Part shown: piece by piece, positions 60,000 to 64,000 of the stretch
Layout: the number at the start of each line of letters is the position of its first letter
Position numbering within the stretch: the stretch's first letter is position 1
Origin: an uncultured Candidatus Thioglobus sp.
GTDB lineage: Bacteria > Pseudomonadota > Gammaproteobacteria > PS1 > Pseudothioglobaceae
Reading direction: 5' to 3'
DNA length: 64,000 nt
Assembly: GCA_905612405.1 (NCBI GenBank)
Contig: CAJQRX010000012.1
Location: 29,351 to 93,350 of the forward strand
Made by a program: the position numbers and the translations under genes
The notes under the pieces: model-generated
What the model was told of the DNA's origin: nothing
Databases searched by the model: none
Seen by the model: the letters and a program-made list of their open reading frames with translations, nothing else

Positions 60000-60554
60000 A
60001 TGATAGAACTAAGAAAACAACTCAGACAACTCCGCAAATCCATTGATAAAAAAACACGCAAGGAAGATGGAAAAAAAATCCTGCAACAATGTCAAAAAAA
60101 TGGACTTTTTGAAAATGCCAAACATATTGCAATTTTCATTCCTAATGATGGAGAAATTGAGACAAAAGATACTATTAAATTCTTAAAAAATACTGGTTGT
60201 TTTGTTTACCTCCCAATTCTGGTTGAAGAAAAACTTAAATTTGCTGAAATGGGAGAGCATTTTAGAAAAAATAGATTTGGAATCGATGAGCCAATCCATA
60301 CCCCTATAATGGGTGCTAAACAAATGGACCTTATCTTTATGCCGCTAGTTGGATTTGATAAAAATAAAAACCGTTTAGGAATGGGTGGTGGCTTCTATGA
60401 TAAAACATTAAGTTTCAAACTGAAAAGTAAAAATTATCAAGCACCAAAACTTTTTGGTCTTGCATTTGATTGTCAAGAAGTTGACTATTTGGACTCAAAG
60501 CCATGGGATGTTCCAGTTGATGGAATAGTTACTCCCACCCGCTTCATCAAATAG
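60000..60554 (+). CDS. ygfA: 5-formyltetrahydrofolate cyclo-ligase
   Basis: NRFGIDEP, MPLVGFD..NRLGMGGGFYD, WDVPVDGIVTP. Confidence 0.93.
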   Translation: MIELRKQLRQLRKSIDKKTRKEDGKKILQQCQKNGLFENAKHIAIFIPNDGEIETKDTIKFLKNTGCFVYLPILVEEKLKFAEMGEHFRKNRFGIDEPIHTPIMGAKQMDLIFMPLVGFDKNKNRLGMGGGFYDKTLSFKLKSKNYQAPKLFGLAFDCQEVDYLDSKPWDVPVDGIVTPTRFIK

Positions 60555-61724
60555 TTAGTCATTTTTAGTCTTACCAAGCGCTTGTTTTTGGAAAAATGAT
60601 TTGAGCATTGGAGTCTCATCAATAATGTTCATGCCAAAACCTCTAAGCCATCGAAATGACTCATTATTTTCTTTATAGGCCCAATCAAGTCCTGTCATAG
60701 TTTTTGACATTAATTCATTATCTAGGCGGCGTGCTCTTGCATACTTCCTTAGAACAAGTGGATCACCCAATAATTTGTCAGTATTTTCAACTATTTGCCT
60801 ACTAAGCTCCATTGCATCTGAAAAACCTAAGTTTGCGCCCTGGCCTGCTAATGGATGAATACTATGAGCCGCATCCCCTATTAAAGCAAGATTTGAAAGA
60901 GTATAGTCTTTAGCACTTCTAGAGACTAAGGGGAAAATATTTATTGAGCTTTGTAGCTTTAAATCGCCAAATCTATATTCAACTGCTTCAGATAAAGACT
61001 GGTTAAAGCTACTAACATCCATTTTTTCAAGCTCATCAGCAAGCTCATCTTTGCATGACCATACAATTGAAGCATGATTTTCTGAAAGAGGTAATAGCGC
61101 AACAATACTATCTAACAAAAATCTCTGCCAAGTTGTATTTTCTAAAGACTTTTCACTAACTACATTAGCAACAATAGCTTTTTGCTTATAATCATTTGAG
61201 GATACTTCAATATTAGCAAGATTTCTGACTTTAGACTTAGGTCCATCAGCGCCAATCACTAACTTACAAAACAAGCTTTCTTTAGTATCAAGTGTTACCT
61301 CATACCCAAGATCATTTTTTATTAAATCATCTAATTTTGCATGAATAATTTGTACTTTGGTTTGGTCGATTGCATTGTATAAAGCAGATTGTATTAAATC
61401 ATTCTCTACAATAAATCCAAGATGCTCAATGCCTTCATCTTTTGCATAAAAGCTCAAGCTTCCATGTGAGTTTTGATCCCAAACCTTTGTTGCAACAAAC
61501 CCTTGTTTTCTATAAATATCATCCCAAACATTAATGGAGCTAAGAAAATCTTTTGAAGATGGGGTAATTGCACTGACTCGAGTATGGAATGAACTATTAA
61601 TCTCTGGATTACACTCATTTGGATCAATAATTGCGATTTTAAAGTTTTTTTTTCTTGAGAGTGCTAAAGTGAATGCGAGACCAATAATACCACCACCAAT
61701 AACGATGACATCAAATTCTTTCAA
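60555..61724 (-). CDS. UbiH/UbiI/VisC family FAD-dependent hydroxylase
   Basis: GGGIIG, RVSAI, GADG, GDAAHSIHPLAGQGANLG. Confidence 0.9.
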   Translation of the reverse strand: MKEFDVIVIGGGIIGLAFTLALSRKKNFKIAIIDPNECNPEINSSFHTRVSAITPSSKDFLSSINVWDDIYRKQGFVATKVWDQNSHGSLSFYAKDEGIEHLGFIVENDLIQSALYNAIDQTKVQIIHAKLDDLIKNDLGYEVTLDTKESLFCKLVIGADGPKSKVRNLANIEVSSNDYKQKAIVANVVSEKSLENTTWQRFLLDSIVALLPLSENHASIVWSCKDELADELEKMDVSSFNQSLSEAVEYRFGDLKLQSSINIFPLVSRSAKDYTLSNLALIGDAAHSIHPLAGQGANLGFSDAMELSRQIVENTDKLLGDPLVLRKYARARRLDNELMSKTMTGLDWAYKENNESFRWLRGFGMNIIDETPMLKSFFQKQALGKTKND

Positions 61725-63041
61725 TTATCCTTCCCCAGCAATAGTCATTTCACTTACCAAAGTTGAGCCCACTTTTAGATTACTTCTAATATCAAAATCG
61801 TTACCGATAGAAATCACATTTTTCAACATATCTTTTAAATTACCAGCAATAGTAATTCCAGAAACTGGATATTGGATTTGACCCTTTTCTACCCAAAAAC
61901 CACTTGCACCTCGAGAATAATCACCTGTTGTTGCATTAATGCCTTGCCCCATTAAGTCAGTTACAATGAGTCCTTTATCCATATTCTTTGTTAATTCTTC
62001 AATTCCACCATCATAATTAGAGCTAACACGGCAGTTGCTTACGCCGCCAGCATTTGCAGTTGATTCTAGTCCAAGTTGGTTTGCAGAGTATTGACCCATT
62101 AGGTAACTGGTCACTCTTCCATCTTCGACAAAAAACTGTTTTGATTTTAATACACCATCTAAATCAAACGCCCTTGAGCCAAGTGTTTTTAACTGAAGTG
62201 GGTCTTCATAAATATTAATAGATCCTGGAAGAACTTCTTTACCTAATGAGTCTAATAAGAAGGATGTTTTTTTATACTGTCTCGAGCCGCTGAGAGCTCC
62301 TAGTAATTGCGAAAATAGGCCAGAAGATTGTCGAGCAGTAAATATGATAGGACATTTTTGAGATTTTAAATTTTGAGAACCTAACTTTTGTTGGGCCATT
62401 TTTGCAGCCTCAAGTCCGATTTTAGATGGACTCGTTAAATCTCTAGAGTCAAGAGCAATTGCATACTCATAACCTGTTTGCATTTCAGAGTCTCTTTTTG
62501 CTATCAATGAGCAGTAGAGCGAATGCTTACTATTTTTTGATTTAGTAATTAATCCATTTGAATTGGCATAATAACTTTCGCCTTCAAAACTTGATAATTC
62601 GGCTCCATCTGAATTATCAATTTCAAACTGCTCTAATGCTATTTGCTCACACTCTGTAGCAATTTCAATACTTTCTTTAGCTTCCAGAGTCCAGGGATGG
62701 TAAAGATCTAAATCAGGAATATCCCAAGCCATCCTATCTTTTGGAGCTAGCCCATTAAAGGGATCTTCTTGGGTGTATTTAGCAATTAAGCAGGCAGAAT
62801 CAATAGCCTTCTTTAAGCTCTCTTTACTGAGGTCAACACTTGCTGCCTGGCCTTTATTTTTTCCAATATAGACGCTCACATCAAAACTAGTATCTAAGCT
62901 ATATTGCAAAGTTTCAACTTTTGACAATCTGACTGCGGTAGAAATACCCGAGCTTTTCCCTACAGAAAATTCAAAATCTGTTACTTTGTTTTTTTTAATT
63001 AGCTCTATTGCTAATTGCGTTGTTTGTTCAAGTGAATTCAT
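61725..63041 (-). CDS. pmbA: Metalloprotease subunit PmbA/TldE
   Basis: DLDLYHPW, FDLDGV, GQGINATTGDYSRGASGFWV, ITIAGNL. Confidence 0.92.
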   Translation of the reverse strand: MNSLEQTTQLAIELIKKNKVTDFEFSVGKSSGISTAVRLSKVETLQYSLDTSFDVSVYIGKNKGQAASVDLSKESLKKAIDSACLIAKYTQEDPFNGLAPKDRMAWDIPDLDLYHPWTLEAKESIEIATECEQIALEQFEIDNSDGAELSSFEGESYYANSNGLITKSKNSKHSLYCSLIAKRDSEMQTGYEYAIALDSRDLTSPSKIGLEAAKMAQQKLGSQNLKSQKCPIIFTARQSSGLFSQLLGALSGSRQYKKTSFLLDSLGKEVLPGSINIYEDPLQLKTLGSRAFDLDGVLKSKQFFVEDGRVTSYLMGQYSANQLGLESTANAGGVSNCRVSSNYDGGIEELTKNMDKGLIVTDLMGQGINATTGDYSRGASGFWVEKGQIQYPVSGITIAGNLKDMLKNVISIGNDFDIRSNLKVGSTLVSEMTIAGEG

Positions 63042-63085
63042 AATGCAGGATTATACTAATTGATTGATAACTTTTGATAAAAAAA

Positions 63086-63952
63086 TTAAGAACTAACTTT
63101 ATCTTTTGAGGACTTAATATCTATTATTTGGCGTTGCACTTCAACTAGGAGAAGTCTACGTGTATCAGTTTTTAAAACCTTAAAATCAAAACCATGAAGA
63201 CTAATTTCACTCATTTGCTCTGGAAGGTAACTAAAACCAGAAATAACTAAACCAGCTACAGTATCATAATTATCACTTACGATATTGGATTCAAAAAACT
63301 CATTAAACTCTACAAGAGGTGTATTTGCTTGGAGCAAATAACGCCCATCTCCGTAATCGATAATATTATCTTCTTCCTTATCATGCTCGTCTTCAATTTC
63401 ACCAACAATCTGCTCAATGACATCTTCTAATGTTACCAATCCAGCAATCTCCCCATACTCATCAAGAACAACTGCCATATGTGATTTATTTTGTTGAAAT
63501 TCTCTCAGTAAAACACCTAAAGGCTTACTTTCAGGAACAGATAAAGCATCTCTAAGATACTCTCTATAGTTAAACTCATCCTTATTATCTTGAGCAAAGT
63601 GGGCTAGCAAATCCTTAGCTAATACAATGCCTAGTATTGAGTCCTGCTCAGCATTGTGAATTGGAAAGCGAGAATGGGATGAGCTAACCATGATTTGAAG
63701 TAGGTCCTCAGTGGAGGACTCTGAATTTATCATAGTCATTTTTGATCGAGGAACCATTACGTCTCGAACCTTTAAGCTTTCAACTTGCAATGCGCCCTCA
63801 ATTACAGACCTGCTATATGGATCAATAACTAGGTTTTCTTCAGCCTCCTCTAAGGCTTGCATTAACTGTGCTCGGGGTTTTAAAGTTTGTGGGAAAAGCT
63901 TGTCAAACAACCTATTAAATAATGGCCGACTGGGAGGTTTTTCTGCGCTCAT
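63086..63952 (-). CDS. corC: CBS-domain Mg/Co transport protein CorC
   Basis: VRDVMVPRS, HSRFP, VLDEYG..GLVTLEDVIEQIVGEIEDE. Confidence 0.9.
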   Translation of the reverse strand: MSAEKPPSRPLFNRLFDKLFPQTLKPRAQLMQALEEAEENLVIDPYSRSVIEGALQVESLKVRDVMVPRSKMTMINSESSTEDLLQIMVSSSHSRFPIHNAEQDSILGIVLAKDLLAHFAQDNKDEFNYREYLRDALSVPESKPLGVLLREFQQNKSHMAVVLDEYGEIAGLVTLEDVIEQIVGEIEDEHDKEEDNIIDYGDGRYLLQANTPLVEFNEFFESNIVSDNYDTVAGLVISGFSYLPEQMSEISLHGFDFKVLKTDTRRLLLVEVQRQIIDIKSSKDKVSS

Positions 63953-64000
63953 GCTTATAATTAATGAATTGTAAGTTATCTATTTTACCTTGGATTGGTT

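Overview
AT-rich, gene-dense bacterial chromosome segment. Gene content and order are gammaproteobacterial and compact; they resemble a marine SUP05/Arctic96BD-19 (Thioglobus-like) genome, but that taxonomy is inference. Most of the window is housekeeping: tRNA-Leu(TAA), a Pot-type ABC operon, recG, ubiC, cmoA, gpsA, rplM-rpsI, eptA, deaD-csp, sbcB, nth, his/asd/thiD/dsbA/folKB, plsY, yadGH, aceF-lpdA, nadB-def-dusB-fis-purH, 6S RNA-ygfA, pmbA and corC. The standout is a ~5 kb accessory block between plsY and yadH (34699-39727). It contains two displaced copies of the yadH 3' end, which suggests repeated site-specific integration. It also contains four copies of a ~40-47 bp module (ACTT-N6-AAGT dyad, then a -10 box, 6 nt, and ATG-KKLL/SKLL signal peptide) fused to unrelated exported cargos and to one empty 6-codon stub. 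This looks like a cassette system with no integrase in the window. Other notable items are an unannotated minus-strand sRNA candidate upstream of nadB, an apparently perfect 302-bp lipoyl-domain duplication in aceF, a GcvT-family oxidoreductase/M20/DDAH operon, and a Bacillus DapG-like aspartokinase. All product calls are by motif recognition; no searches were run.
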